DNA from: an uncultured Eubacteriales bacterium
GTDB lineage: Bacteria > Bacillota > Clostridia > Lachnospirales > Bianqueaceae
Length of the DNA stretch: 64,000 bases
Assembly (NCBI GenBank): GCA_902783575.1
Contig: CACZRP010000047.1
Coordinates: forward strand, 40,783 to 104,782
Direction: 5' to 3'
The position numbers and the translations under genes were made by a program. Below, in pieces: positions 1-9,751 of the stretch; the stretch's first letter is position 1; each line of letters begins with the position of its first letter. Under the pieces are notes generated by a model. That model was not told where the DNA came from and made no database searches. It saw only the letters and a list, made by a program, of their open reading frames with translations.

Positions 1-225
1 GTAGTTGGTAATGGTGATGCCGACACGGTCCGCCTCGGCCTTGATTTCCCGGGCGAAGTCCTCCAGGGATTTGCCTTCGGGGCAGGCGGTCTTGAAGTTG
101 AAATCCACAACCTCAAAGCCATCGAAGCCCATTTCCTTAGCCTTGGCGATGGAATCCATCAGGGTGATGCGGCCATCCCGGTAGGCCTGGGAGAAACTGT
201 AGGAACTGACAGCTACTTTCATCAT
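1..225 (-). CDS. Sugar phosphate isomerase/epimerase (xylose-isomerase-like TIM barrel), N-terminal part; gene runs off the left edge
   Basis: Own minus-strand translation from ATG at 225: MMKVAVSSYSFSQAYRDGRITLMDSIAKAKEMGFDGFEVVDFNF...; GAGG about 10 nt upstream; absent from ORF track because truncated by the window edge. Confidence 0.6.
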   Translation of the reverse strand, partial: MMKVAVSSYSFSQAYRDGRITLMDSIAKAKEMGFDGFEVVDFNFKTACPEGKSLEDFAREIKAEADRVGITITNY

Positions 226-242
226 AGCTTAATTACCTCGTC

Positions 243-1319
243 TTATTGATTTAAAATAACTTCGTGACCGGTGCGGGCGGACTCGAAAATGGCGTCCAGT
301 ATTTCCATCAGGGTGATGCCGTCTTCCGCAGGAGACTTGCAGGGAGTACCGTTCATGATGCAGTCAACGTAATGGTTGATCTCGTTGCGGAAGATTACTC
401 CCATGTTCATGGCGGTGTGGGCCTTGAGGGTGGTATCGGTCATATAGCCGTTGGCCTCGGAGATGAGCTTCAGCTCGGGATCGATCTTGGCGCCGCCCTT
501 GGTGCCGTAAAGCTCGATCACGCCGGATTCTTTTTCCACGTTCAGGGAGAAGGAAACCTCTACCTGGACCACTGCGCCGTTGTCGTAGCGGATCATAGCG
601 GTGGCAGCATCCTCAACGTCACAGATGTCGTGATCGGTATGAGAAGAGGAGACATATCCCTTGGGTGTCTTCAGGTTGCGGCGGTCAAACAGCTTCTGGA
701 AGGTTGCACCGTAAACGGAAACAGGTTTCGGGTTGCCCAGCATGTAGCGGGTCAGGTCGATAACATGAACGCCCAGATCGATCAGAGGGCCGCCGCCGGA
801 TTTGGCTTTCTCACCGAACCAGCCGCCGGGGTTGCCGTTGCGGCGGATATACTGAGCCTTGGCCCAGTAGATTTCTCCGAAGTAATCGGAATTCTTGAAG
901 TCCATGAAGATCTGGGTGTCGTTGCCGTAGCGGCGGACGAAACCGATCATCAGAAGCTTGCCGGCCTTGTCTGCGGCTTCTTTCATTTTACGGGCTTCTT
1001 CGGCGCTGGTGGCCATGGGTTTTTCGCAGAGCACATGTTTGCCGTAATTCAGAGCCATGATGGTACAGGGCATATGATTGGAGTTCCATACGCATACGCT
1101 GACGGCATCGATTTCGGGCAGTTCCTTGAGCATGGTTTCCTCGTCGGTGTAGAGACGGGTCACGCCATATTTTTCGCCCATCATCCTGACCTTGGCTTCG
1201 TCCAGATCGCAGAAGGCATAAAGATCAACATTGGGGTTGTTCTGGTAGGCAACAATATGCTCGTTGGAAATCGTACCGGTACCAATAATGGCAACTTTGA
1301 TTTTGTCCATGGGAATCAC
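243..1319 (-). CDS. Gfo/Idh/MocA family NAD(P)-dependent oxidoreductase
   Basis: 358-aa ORF; Rossmann N-terminus KVAIIGTGTISNEH and family EKP motif (VLCEKPMA); flanked by TIM-barrel sugar isomerase genes on the same strand. Confidence 0.9.
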   Translation of the reverse strand: MIPMDKIKVAIIGTGTISNEHIVAYQNNPNVDLYAFCDLDEAKVRMMGEKYGVTRLYTDEETMLKELPEIDAVSVCVWNSNHMPCTIMALNYGKHVLCEKPMATSAEEARKMKEAADKAGKLLMIGFVRRYGNDTQIFMDFKNSDYFGEIYWAKAQYIRRNGNPGGWFGEKAKSGGGPLIDLGVHVIDLTRYMLGNPKPVSVYGATFQKLFDRRNLKTPKGYVSSSHTDHDICDVEDAATAMIRYDNGAVVQVEVSFSLNVEKESGVIELYGTKGGAKIDPELKLISEANGYMTDTTLKAHTAMNMGVIFRNEINHYVDCIMNGTPCKSPAEDGITLMEILDAIFESARTGHEVILNQ

Positions 1320-1347
1320 TCCTTATATGTTATTTTTTTATGACTGA

Positions 1348-2193
1348 TTAATATTTGGCCTTCAGGAAGCGGACTGCCTTGGCGATATCTCCTTCGGGAT
1401 CGCCGCCGACCTCGCGCTCGATGGTCAGGTAACCTTTGTATCCGATATCCTCCAGAGCGGCAAGATAACGGTCAAAGTCCACATGGCCTTCACCCAGAGG
1501 AGTCTCGATGAAAGCGGGAGAGGTGACGATGACATCTTCAGCGGAGTGGCCGCTGTAGACCACGATGGGATCCTCAGCGAAGCACTGGATGCCGTCCTTG
1601 GCGTGGGTATGAACAATGTATTCCTTCAGGGTGTATACGGCGCGGACAGGATCATCTCCGGTAACCATGACAAAGTTTGCGGGATCCAGGTTGACAGCGA
1701 CGCCGGTGGAATGAAGTCCATCCAGGAAGATTCGGAGGGTCTGGGCGGTTTCGGGACCGGTTTCAATGGCGAAATGGGCATTGAGAGAGTCGGCGTACTC
1801 AGCCAGCTGGCCGCAGGCATCCTGCATAATGGCATATCTGGGATGTCTGGGATCGGTGGGAACGACGCCGATATGAGTGGTGACCACGTTGGTGCCCAGT
1901 TCAACAGCCAGATCAAGAATACGTTTGGATTTTTCAATCAGCTCGGGATTGCGTTTGGGATTGGTAAAGCCTTCGCCCAGATCGCCGCAGAGGGCGGAGA
2001 TGCAAAGACCATGATCGGCCACAGCCTGCTTGAAGGCGGCGCGTTTTTCACCCACCAGCTCCTCAGGGCTCATCTCGCCGCGGGTAGCATAAACCTGAAG
2101 GCCCTGAGCGCCTACCTTTACCGCCTTATCCAGCGCGGTATATACATCTACGCGAAAAGAGTCGAGGATGACTCCGATAGGAAATTGATACAT
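1348..2193 (-). CDS. Sugar phosphate isomerase/epimerase (xylose-isomerase-like TIM barrel)
   Basis: 281-aa ORF with family-typical pattern [38 protein letters not shown]; 28-nt gap to the downstream oxidoreductase. Confidence 0.85.
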   Translation of the reverse strand: MYQFPIGVILDSFRVDVYTALDKAVKVGAQGLQVYATRGEMSPEELVGEKRAAFKQAVADHGLCISALCGDLGEGFTNPKRNPELIEKSKRILDLAVELGTNVVTTHIGVVPTDPRHPRYAIMQDACGQLAEYADSLNAHFAIETGPETAQTLRIFLDGLHSTGVAVNLDPANFVMVTGDDPVRAVYTLKEYIVHTHAKDGIQCFAEDPIVVYSGHSAEDVIVTSPAFIETPLGEGHVDFDRYLAALEDIGYKGYLTIEREVGGDPEGDIAKAVRFLKAKY

Positions 2194-2292
2194 ACTGTAC
2201 CTCCTTGATTCTGTTGATGATGAAATGACGGACGAGGGATGCTCTTATCTATTATGAACAAAGAAATCCGCCAAATCAATCCACTTGTTCTG

Positions 2293-2321
2293 AATATAGC
2301 ACAAGAAAGAAGCTTTTTCAA
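2293..2321 (-). promoter_or_regulatory. Candidate sigma-A promoter of the sugar isomerase/oxidoreductase operon
   Basis: Minus strand reads TTGAAA-17 nt-TATATT about 100 nt upstream of the ATG at 2193; immediately followed by inverted repeat GAACAA-(about 23 nt)-TTGTTC, a possible operator. Confidence 0.45.
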
Positions 2322-2340
2322 GAACATATATTAAAATGCT

Positions 2341-2901
2341 TTAAAAAAGCAGAGGAAGCAGGGTGTTTCCGCATACGGAGAGGGTATAGCCCTCTTCCAT
2401 ATGGATCCAGGAAATGGGCTGTGGAAGGCTGAGAACGGAGAACTTGGAAAACTGACCGTCAATGCCGGTGCCTGTCATCTTGACATAAGCCTCCTTGGCG
2501 GTCCAGATGCGGTAGAAGCGCAGTACTTTGTCGAATTCACCGCAGGCCAGCACATAAGCCTCTTCCTCGGGATGAAAGAAGCGGTGGGCCAGCTTTTCCG
2601 CCTCCACAGGGCGATGCTCCTGCAGATCGATCCCCACAGGACGGCTGCTGATGGCTAAAGCAAAATAATCTCCCGAATGGCTGATGGACAGATGGGCCGG
2701 ATAGGAAGCGAACTCCGGTTTGCCCGTGACGGTTTTGATGATTCGCAGCGTTTCATCCGGTATACAGCCGGAATAATTATCAAAATGACGGACAGCCCTG
2801 GCCGTCAGAGCCTGTCGGTCCAGGCCCTCAGCCCTGGCCAGCTCAATGACTGTCCTGTTTTCCTGAGTAAAATAGGTATGGGGAGTGAGCGGAATTAACA
2901 T
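2341..2901 (-). CDS. 4'-phosphopantetheinyl transferase, Sfp type
   Basis: 186-aa ORF with Sfp-type motifs TGKPEF, SISHSGDY, GIDLQE and WTAKEAYVKMTG (W-x-x-KEA-x-x-K). Confidence 0.8.
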   Translation of the reverse strand: MLIPLTPHTYFTQENRTVIELARAEGLDRQALTARAVRHFDNYSGCIPDETLRIIKTVTGKPEFASYPAHLSISHSGDYFALAISSRPVGIDLQEHRPVEAEKLAHRFFHPEEEAYVLACGEFDKVLRFYRIWTAKEAYVKMTGTGIDGQFSKFSVLSLPQPISWIHMEEGYTLSVCGNTLLPLLF

Positions 2902-2969
2902 AGGAAGCCTCGATTCAGTGGAATATATTGATTATAATGACATTTTCGGAGGAAGGCAAGGGACGAGTG

Positions 2970-2998
2970 TTGACTTGATACTTTAATTCATTTATAAT
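2970..2998 (+). promoter_or_regulatory. Candidate sigma-A promoter of the his operon
   Basis: TTGACT (2970-2975), 17-nt spacer, TATAAT (2993-2998); about 60 nt upstream of hisZ ATG at 3061. Confidence 0.6.
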
Positions 2999-3060
2999 TG
3001 TGAGAAAATATTCATTATCATGTATATTTTATCAGTTGATGATAATTAACGAGGTATATT

Positions 3061-4002
3061 ATGGACCTTTCATTGTTAAGTCCCCCCGAGCGTCTGGAGA
3101 TTGAGCTTTCAATCCTTTATTCCAAAGAAGGCTATGTCCGCACCAAGCTGAGCCAGTTTGATGAATATGAGCTTTTCGACAGGCACCGGGCGTTTCTTTC
3201 CGGAGAGCGAATGCTGACCTTCACCGATCCCCACGGCAAGCTTTTTGCACTGCGTCCCGATGTGACCCTATCCGTGCTGAAGCAGGCCGCCTATGTGCCC
3301 ATGGATTCCGTCCGGGTCTATTACAAGGAAGATGTATTCCGCATGTCCAAGGAGACCCGCAGCTTTGAATCTTCCCGTCAGATCGGTGTGGAGCGCATCG
3401 AGAAGTCGGTGCCCTCCAGCGGGAAGCAGATTCTGAGCCTTGCCCAGAAAAGCCTCTCCCTGATTCCGGCGGATACAGTACTGGTGCTGTCTCATATGGA
3501 TCTTTTTGATAAAAATGAATGGTTTCACAGTCTGTCTGCCCAGGATCAGGATCAGGTGCTGTTCCTGATGGGGCAGAAAAACGCCCATGATCTGAAGCAG
3601 CTTCTGGAGGCCAAAGGCTGTCCCGAGCTGATGGAGGGTCAGATCCTGTATGCCCTGAATCTCACAGGCTCTCCCGAGGAAATCCGGGAGCAGACAGCCA
3701 TGCTGCCCGAGGATCTGATGATTTCTTCCTGCTGCCGCCGGGTGCTGGAGCTGGCGGATCAGATTCCTTCCGATGAGCATCACCGCATTGTGATTGATTT
3801 TTCTCTTGTCAATTCCCTGAATTTTTATAACGGTCTGATCTTCCAGGGATTCGCGGAGGGCTGCAGCCATTATGTGTTATCAGGCGGACGATATGACCGT
3901 CTGGCGGCGGAATTCATCAGCGACAGGGACAAAAACTGCGGCGCGATTGGCTTTGCCATCAGTATGGATGAGCTGGAGCCTGTCTGGAAGGAGAGATCAT
4001 GA
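3061..4002 (+). CDS. hisZ: ATP phosphoribosyltransferase regulatory subunit HisZ
   Basis: 313-aa HisRS-like protein without anticodon-binding domain (FALRPDVTLSV, GGRYDRL); 4-nt overlap with short-form hisG. Confidence 0.9.
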   Translation: MDLSLLSPPERLEIELSILYSKEGYVRTKLSQFDEYELFDRHRAFLSGERMLTFTDPHGKLFALRPDVTLSVLKQAAYVPMDSVRVYYKEDVFRMSKETRSFESSRQIGVERIEKSVPSSGKQILSLAQKSLSLIPADTVLVLSHMDLFDKNEWFHSLSAQDQDQVLFLMGQKNAHDLKQLLEAKGCPELMEGQILYALNLTGSPEEIREQTAMLPEDLMISSCCRRVLELADQIPSDEHHRIVIDFSLVNSLNFYNGLIFQGFAEGCSHYVLSGGRYDRLAAEFISDRDKNCGAIGFAISMDELEPVWKERS

Positions 4003-4622
4003 TAACCATAGCATTGCCGAAGGGGCGACTGGGGGACAAGGTTTACGAGCTTCTGAACAGGGCCGGATACGGATTTGAGGCCATGGAGGACGTGGGCCGG
4101 AAGCTGGTGATTGAAGATGAAGAAAAGCAGATCCGCTATTTGCTGGTCAAGCCGGTGGATGTGGCGGTCTATGTGGAAAAAGGAGCCGCGGATCTGGGAG
4201 TTGTGGGAAAAGACATCCTTGAAGAGAGCGGCGCGGATATTTTTGAACTGCTGGATCTGGGCTTCGGCAAGTGCCACATGTGTGTGGCGGCGCCGGACGG
4301 CTTCATCGAAAATCCTTCCCGAAGGCTGAGAGTAGCCACCAAGTTTGAGAATATTGCCAGAGATTATTATTCCCGGCGGGGCAGGGATGCCGAATTCATC
4401 CATCTGAACGGATCCATCGAGCTGGCGCCGGTGCTGGGTCTGACGGATGTGATTATGGATATCGTGGAGACAGGCACCACCCTGAAGGAAAACCATCTGA
4501 CCGTCATTGACAGATTTATGTATATTTCTGCGAGGCTGGTGGCCAACCGGTCCAGCTATCGTTTTAAAGAAGAGAAAATCCGTGAAATTGTCAGTCAGCT
4601 GAAGGAAATTATCGCGGAATAA
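3999..4622 (+). CDS. hisG: ATP phosphoribosyltransferase, short form
   Basis: 207 aa; MITIALPKGRL N-terminus and DIVETGTTLKEN PRPP loop; lacks the C-terminal regulatory domain, consistent with HisZ dependence. Confidence 0.95.
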   Translation: MITIALPKGRLGDKVYELLNRAGYGFEAMEDVGRKLVIEDEEKQIRYLLVKPVDVAVYVEKGAADLGVVGKDILEESGADIFELLDLGFGKCHMCVAAPDGFIENPSRRLRVATKFENIARDYYSRRGRDAEFIHLNGSIELAPVLGLTDVIMDIVETGTTLKENHLTVIDRFMYISARLVANRSSYRFKEEKIREIVSQLKEIIAE

Positions 4623-4659
4623 CAGGAATCAAGCAGCGAAAGCGGAAAGGAACCAATTC

Positions 4660-5946
4660 GTGTTAGAAATCAGAAAACTGTCCGGAGATAACTGGAAAGA
4701 ACAGATTCCCATGCGCAGCCAGTTTGAGTATCAGGATGTCAATGACTCTGTCAGCGCCATTCTGGAGGATGTGCGGGTCAACGGAGACAGTGCCTTAAGA
4801 AAATACAATCTTCTTTTCGACCGTGCGGACACTCCCGAGCTGGAGATCAGCCGGGAGGAGATTCTGGCAGCGGTGCAGAGGCTGGATCCGGCCCTTCTCA
4901 AGGTGCTGGAGACGGCCGCGGCCAATATCCGCGCCTATCATCAGAGACAGGTCCGCCATGACTATCTGGAGCGTGAACGGGATGGGGTGGTGCTGGGACA
5001 GCTGATTCTTCCCATCGAAAAAGTGGGAATCTATGTGCCCGGCGGTACCGCTGCCTATCCTTCCACTGTTCTTATGAACGCCATTCCCGCCAAGCTGGCC
5101 GGGGTGGAAGAGATTATCCTGGTTTCTCCTCCCGGAAAAGCCGGAACCATTCCGGATCAGATCCTGGCAGCCGCCCATGTGGCTGGTGTGGACCGGGTCT
5201 TCCGGGTGGGCGGGGCCCAGGCCATTGCGGCCCTGGCCTATGGTACGGAAACCATTCCCAATGTTTACAAGATTGTCGGCCCCGGCAACATTTATGTTTC
5301 CATGGCAAAGAAAATGGTCTATGGCAAGGTGGCCATTGATATGATCGCCGGTCCCAGCGAGGTCATGGTGGTGGCGGATGGTACCGCCAACCCTGCCTGG
5401 GTGGCAGCGGATCTGCTTTCCCAGGCGGAGCATGACAAGCTGGCCTGTGCCATTCTTGTCACCGATTCCATGGAGGTGGCGGAGAAGACAGCCCGGGAGC
5501 TGGAAAGACAGGTGGAGCAGCTTCCCAGAAAGGAAATTGCCAGGGCCTCTCTGGACGCCTATGGAAGAATATTCGTTACGGATTCCCTGAAAAAGGCTCT
5601 GGATGTGGCCAACGAGATTGCGCCTGAGCATCTGGAAATCTATACTCAGAATCCCTTTGATTATCTGAGTCAGATCCGCAACGCGGGATCGGTTTTCCTG
5701 GGTCCCTATACTACGGAGCCTCTGGGAGATTATCTGGCGGGCCCCAATCATGTGCTTCCCACCAGCGGCACCGCCAAATTTGCCTCCGCTCTGTCGGTGG
5801 ATGACTTTATTAAGAAGACCCAGATCTCCTATTTTACGCGGGAGGCTGAAAGAAAGGCCGCGGACGATGTGGCGCTCTTTGCCCGCAGCGAGGGGCTGGA
5901 GGCCCATGCCCGGGCGGCCCTGATCCGGAAGGAAGAAATCGAATGA
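4660..5946 (+). CDS. hisD: Histidinol dehydrogenase
   Basis: 428 aa, GTG start; motifs GPGNIYV, IAGPSEV, SQAEHD, GDYLAGPNHVLPT. Confidence 0.95.
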   Translation: MLEIRKLSGDNWKEQIPMRSQFEYQDVNDSVSAILEDVRVNGDSALRKYNLLFDRADTPELEISREEILAAVQRLDPALLKVLETAAANIRAYHQRQVRHDYLERERDGVVLGQLILPIEKVGIYVPGGTAAYPSTVLMNAIPAKLAGVEEIILVSPPGKAGTIPDQILAAAHVAGVDRVFRVGGAQAIAALAYGTETIPNVYKIVGPGNIYVSMAKKMVYGKVAIDMIAGPSEVMVVADGTANPAWVAADLLSQAEHDKLACAILVTDSMEVAEKTARELERQVEQLPRKEIARASLDAYGRIFVTDSLKKALDVANEIAPEHLEIYTQNPFDYLSQIRNAGSVFLGPYTTEPLGDYLAGPNHVLPTSGTAKFASALSVDDFIKKTQISYFTREAERKAADDVALFARSEGLEAHARAALIRKEEIE

Positions 5947-7022
5947 GTGCCATGGATTCTCAAATGAAGTTCTGGAGCAGCTCCGCCAGGAACGCCGTGC
6001 CCTACACGCCGGGGGAGCAGCCGAAGGACAGGAAGTTTATCAAGCTCAATACCAATGAAAATCCCTATGGGCCTTCTCCCCGGGTGCTTCAGCTGTCGAC
6101 GCAGGATCTTCACATGAATCTTTATCCGGAACCCACAGCCTATGGCCTTAGAAAGGTCATTGCTGAGATGAATTCCTTCAGTCCGGAGGAGATCTTTGTG
6201 GGCAACGGCTCCGATGAAGTGCTGGCCTTTGCCTTCGGCGCCTTTGGCGATGAAGATCATCCCTTCAGCTTTCCGGACATTACCTACAGCTTTTATCCCG
6301 TATGGTCGGATTTTTACCATGTTTCCAAACAGATTTTTCCTCTGGGGGAGGATTTTTCCTTTGATCTTACACTGGCTCCGGAGGATGGAGGGCCGCTGGT
6401 CATAGCGAATCCCAACGCTCCCACCGGAATTGCCCTGCCTTCAGAGGTTCTGGTCAATTATCTGGAAGCCCATCCCGACCGTCTGATGATCGTGGATGAA
6501 GCCTATGTGGATTTCGGCGCGGAGAGCATGGTACCTTATATCCGGAAGTTCCCGAATCTTCTTGTGGTGCAGACCTTCTCCAAATCGAGAGCACTGGCCG
6601 GCGCCAGGCTGGGATTTGCCTTCGGCCAGGCACAGCTCATTGAGGCCATGAACCGTATCAAGGATTCCTTTAATTCCTATACGGTTTCCGCCTTTTCCCA
6701 GGCAGCGGGTATCGTCAGCTATCAGGACAGTGATTATCTGGCGGAAACCTCTTCCCGAATTATAGCCACCCGGGAGAGAGCCAAAGCCGCACTGAAGGAG
6801 CTGGGGTTTGCAATGACCGATTCCATGGCGAACTTCCTGTGGGTAACCCATCCGCAGGAGTCCGGACAGTTTCTTTACGAAGCGCTGCGGGAGCGGGGAA
6901 TTCTGGTAAGGCATTTTTCCAATCCTGCCCTGACCGAATATCTGAGAATTACTGTCGGCACCGACGACGAAATGGATGAGCTGATCTGTCAGCTGAAAAA
7001 TATCAGAGGAATCAATCAATGA
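5943..7022 (+). CDS. hisC: Histidinol-phosphate aminotransferase
   Basis: 359 aa; class II aminotransferase with PLP-lysine motif QTFSKSRALAGARLGF; 4-nt overlaps with hisD and hisB. Confidence 0.95.
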   Translation: MSAMDSQMKFWSSSARNAVPYTPGEQPKDRKFIKLNTNENPYGPSPRVLQLSTQDLHMNLYPEPTAYGLRKVIAEMNSFSPEEIFVGNGSDEVLAFAFGAFGDEDHPFSFPDITYSFYPVWSDFYHVSKQIFPLGEDFSFDLTLAPEDGGPLVIANPNAPTGIALPSEVLVNYLEAHPDRLMIVDEAYVDFGAESMVPYIRKFPNLLVVQTFSKSRALAGARLGFAFGQAQLIEAMNRIKDSFNSYTVSAFSQAAGIVSYQDSDYLAETSSRIIATRERAKAALKELGFAMTDSMANFLWVTHPQESGQFLYEALRERGILVRHFSNPALTEYLRITVGTDDEMDELICQLKNIRGINQ

Positions 7023-7606
7023 GACAAGCGGAAATTGAAAGGATAACCAGGGAAACCAAGATCCGGCTTTCCCTGAATCTGGATGGACAGGGAACCTATG
7101 CCAACTCAACGGGCATCGGTTTTCTGGATCATATGCTGGATGGCTTCGCAAGACAGACTCCCTATGACCTGACGGTCAAAGCGGTGGGGGATCTTCATGT
7201 GGATCAGCACCATACCGTGGAGGATACGGGCATCGTGCTGGGCACGGCCCTGAAGGAAGCGCTGGGGGACAGCCGCGGCATCCGCCGTTACGGATATTTT
7301 ATTCTCCCCATGGATGACGCCCTGATTCTCTGCAGTCTGGATCTGTGCGGCAGAAGCTATCTGGCTTTTGATGTGCCCATGCCCACCCAGAAGGTGGGAG
7401 ATTTTGATACAGAGCTGGTTCAGGAGTTTTTCCTGGGACTCACCCGAGCCGCGGGCATGACCCTGCATATCAAGCGCATCAGCGGAGTCAATTCCCATCA
7501 TATCATCGAGGCTGTTTTCAAGGCCTTTGGCAGGGCGCTGGCCATGGCTACCTCTCTGGATCAGGATCATCTGAATGAGATACCGTCCACTAAGGGAGTG
7601 CTCTGA
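7019..7606 (+). CDS. hisB: Imidazoleglycerol-phosphate dehydratase (monofunctional, no phosphatase domain)
   Basis: 195 aa; motifs GFLDHMLDGFA, DQHHTVEDTGIVLG, NSHHIIEAVFKAFGRAL. Confidence 0.95.
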   Translation: MRQAEIERITRETKIRLSLNLDGQGTYANSTGIGFLDHMLDGFARQTPYDLTVKAVGDLHVDQHHTVEDTGIVLGTALKEALGDSRGIRRYGYFILPMDDALILCSLDLCGRSYLAFDVPMPTQKVGDFDTELVQEFFLGLTRAAGMTLHIKRISGVNSHHIIEAVFKAFGRALAMATSLDQDHLNEIPSTKGVL

Positions 7607-7607
7607 T

Positions 7608-8252
7608 ATGATTGCCGTTATCGATTATGAAGTCGGAAATCTGTTCTCACTGAAGGCTTCTTTGGAAAAAATCGGCGCCGACAGTGTTCTGACGAGGGAT
7701 CCTGCCGTCATTCATGCCGCGGATGCCATCATACTTCCCGGCGTGGGCGCCTTCGGTCAGGCGGCTGATAAGCTGCGGGCTTTCGGACTGGACCAGGTGA
7801 TTCTCCGGGAGGCCTCCGACGGGAAGCCTATTCTGGGCATCTGCCTGGGAATGCAGCTGCTGTTTGAGAAGAGCTACGAATACGGAGAGCATCAGGGGCT
7901 GGGGCTTCTTCCCGGCTATATAGGATCATTGAGGGAGGATCTTCCCAATCCTGATTCCATCGTCCCCCATATGGGATGGAATGAACTGAATTTCCGGAGG
8001 GAGGAAGACAGAGAAAAATGGCTCCCCCAGGGAAAAACCAGTATCTATACTTATTTCGTCCATTCCTTCTACGCCAAGGAATGCGATGACGTCCTTGTGG
8101 CCGACGCGGAATACGAAGGAATCCGCGTGCCCGGCATCGTGGGCAAAGATAAAATCTGGGGCATGCAGTTCCATCCGGAGAAAAGCGGAACCGACGGCCT
8201 TTCGCTGCTGCGCCGCTTTATCGAGATGACAGAAAAGCCGGAGGTGGTCTGA
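7608..8252 (+). CDS. hisH: Imidazole glycerol phosphate synthase, glutamine amidotransferase subunit
   Basis: ORF track starts at 7575, but ATG at 7608 (MIAVIDYEVGN) lies just after the hisB stop (7604-7606); catalytic Cys motif ILGICLGMQLL, QFHPEKS. Confidence 0.92.
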   Translation: MIAVIDYEVGNLFSLKASLEKIGADSVLTRDPAVIHAADAIILPGVGAFGQAADKLRAFGLDQVILREASDGKPILGICLGMQLLFEKSYEYGEHQGLGLLPGYIGSLREDLPNPDSIVPHMGWNELNFRREEDREKWLPQGKTSIYTYFVHSFYAKECDDVLVADAEYEGIRVPGIVGKDKIWGMQFHPEKSGTDGLSLLRRFIEMTEKPEVV

Positions 8253-8968
8253 TGCAGATATGTCCGGCCATTGATCTCCTGGGAGGAAAAGCCGTCAGGC
8301 TCACCAAGGGAGATTATGAACAGGTAAAAGTATATTTCAGCAATCCGGAAGAAATCCTGGCCTATTTCAATGCCCGGGGCGCCAGACACCTTCATGTGGT
8401 AGATCTGGACGGAGCGAGAGAAGGGAAGCTGAGCAATCTTTCCACCATCTCCCGTCTCGCGAAGGACAGCGCCCAGGAAATCGAAGTGGGCGGAGGAATC
8501 CGCACGGAAGACAGAATTGACGCTTACCTTTCCCTGGGGGTCCGTTATGTGATTCTGGGAACGGTGGCGGCCGAGGATCCTTCCTTTGTGGAAAGAATGG
8601 TGGCCCGTTACGGTGATGCCATTGTGGTGGGGGTGGATGCCAGAGACGGCTTCGTCGCCACCCGGGGATGGCAGCAGCTCTCCAGTCTTTCCGGACCAGA
8701 GTTCTGCCTGCGGATGGAGTCCCTGGGCGTATCCAGAATCATCTATACGGATATTTCCAGAGACGGCATGCTGTCCGGTACCAATATGGAGCTTTACCGG
8801 GAACTGACCTCTTCTCTGAAGCTGAAGGTCACCGCCTCCGGCGGCATTACCTATCCGGAGGAAATCCGCAGACTCAGAGAAATCGGAGTTCATGGCGCTA
8901 TCGTAGGAAAGGCCCTGTATGAAGGGCTGCTGGATCTTTCCGAGGTCTTGAAGGCCGCGGAAGAATAA
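8252..8968 (+). CDS. hisA: ProFAR isomerase
   Basis: 238 aa; PAIDLLGGKAVRL, EVGGGIR, ASGGI; 1-nt TGATG overlap with hisH. Confidence 0.95.
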   Translation: MQICPAIDLLGGKAVRLTKGDYEQVKVYFSNPEEILAYFNARGARHLHVVDLDGAREGKLSNLSTISRLAKDSAQEIEVGGGIRTEDRIDAYLSLGVRYVILGTVAAEDPSFVERMVARYGDAIVVGVDARDGFVATRGWQQLSSLSGPEFCLRMESLGVSRIIYTDISRDGMLSGTNMELYRELTSSLKLKVTASGGITYPEEIRRLREIGVHGAIVGKALYEGLLDLSEVLKAAEE

Positions 8969-8988
8969 GGGAGAAGGAGGTTTCCGGG

Positions 8989-9744
8989 ATGCTGGCAAAA
9001 AGAATCATTCCCTGTCTGGATATCCGGGATGGAAGAGTTGTCAAGGGCAAGAACTTCCAGGGAATCCGGGATGTGGAGGATCCAGTGGTCATGGCCGCCT
9101 TCTACAACGAAAGCGGCGCCGATGAACTGGTTTTTTACGATATTACCGCCTCAGCGGAAGGAAGAAAGCTGTTCACCGAAATGGTCAGTGATGTGGCCAG
9201 GGAGGTGTTTATTCCCCTGACGGTGGGTGGAGGCATCAACACCGCCGCGGATTTTGAAAGGGTTCTTACCCATGGCGCAGACAAGGTGAGCGTCAATTCG
9301 GGGGCCCTGAAAAATCCGTCCCTGATTGATGAAGCAGCCAGGATTTACGGTGATCAGTGCGTGGTGCTTTCCATTGACTGCCACCGGGTAGGCAATGAGT
9401 ATCATGTTTTCTCCAAGGGCGGCCGGGAGGATACCGGCAGGGAGCTCCTCAGCTGGGCCCGGGAGGGCGTAGAGAGAGGCGCAGGCGAAATTGTGCTGAA
9501 CAGCATGGATACGGATGGGGTCAGACAGGGCTTCGATCTGGAGATGCTGTCTCTGATTTCCGAGCTCAAGGTTCCTGTGATCGCTTCCGGCGGGGCCGGA
9601 TGCATGGAGGATTTTTACAGGCTTTTTGAGGATCTTCCCTGGGTCAGCGCCGGTCTGGCCGCTTCGATTTTCCACTACCGGGAAGTGGCGGTCAGTGACT
9701 TAAAGAAGTATCTGGCCGGCAAGGGAATTCCGGTCCGAATCTAA
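8989..9744 (+). CDS. hisF: Imidazole glycerol phosphate synthase, cyclase subunit
   Basis: 251 aa; [39 protein letters not shown]. Confidence 0.95.
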   Translation: MLAKRIIPCLDIRDGRVVKGKNFQGIRDVEDPVVMAAFYNESGADELVFYDITASAEGRKLFTEMVSDVAREVFIPLTVGGGINTAADFERVLTHGADKVSVNSGALKNPSLIDEAARIYGDQCVVLSIDCHRVGNEYHVFSKGGREDTGRELLSWAREGVERGAGEIVLNSMDTDGVRQGFDLEMLSLISELKVPVIASGGAGCMEDFYRLFEDLPWVSAGLAASIFHYREVAVSDLKKYLAGKGIPVRI

Positions 9745-9751
9745 CAGCGAG

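Noticed and set aside
264-1343. Gene-length ORFs antisense to almost every real gene. Examples: 264-1343 (359 aa), 4795-5907, 8069-8998, 14770-15960, 19781-20815, 25528-26550, 29471-30628, 39519-40670, 47013-48263, 47882-49000, 51855-53006, 56257-57228.
   Set aside because: Their translations are low-complexity (rich in G, R, A, H and L), lack recognisable motifs and lack RBS-linked starts. The opposite strand in each case encodes a clearly recognisable conserved protein. Long shadow ORFs are expected when sense codons avoid TTA, CTA and TCA in a moderately GC-rich genome.
2902-3060. T-box or attenuator leader upstream of the his operon.
   Set aside because: The consensus promoter leaves only about 60 nt of AT-rich leader, which is too short for a T-box. 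I saw no specifier or antiterminator elements and no His-codon leader peptide.
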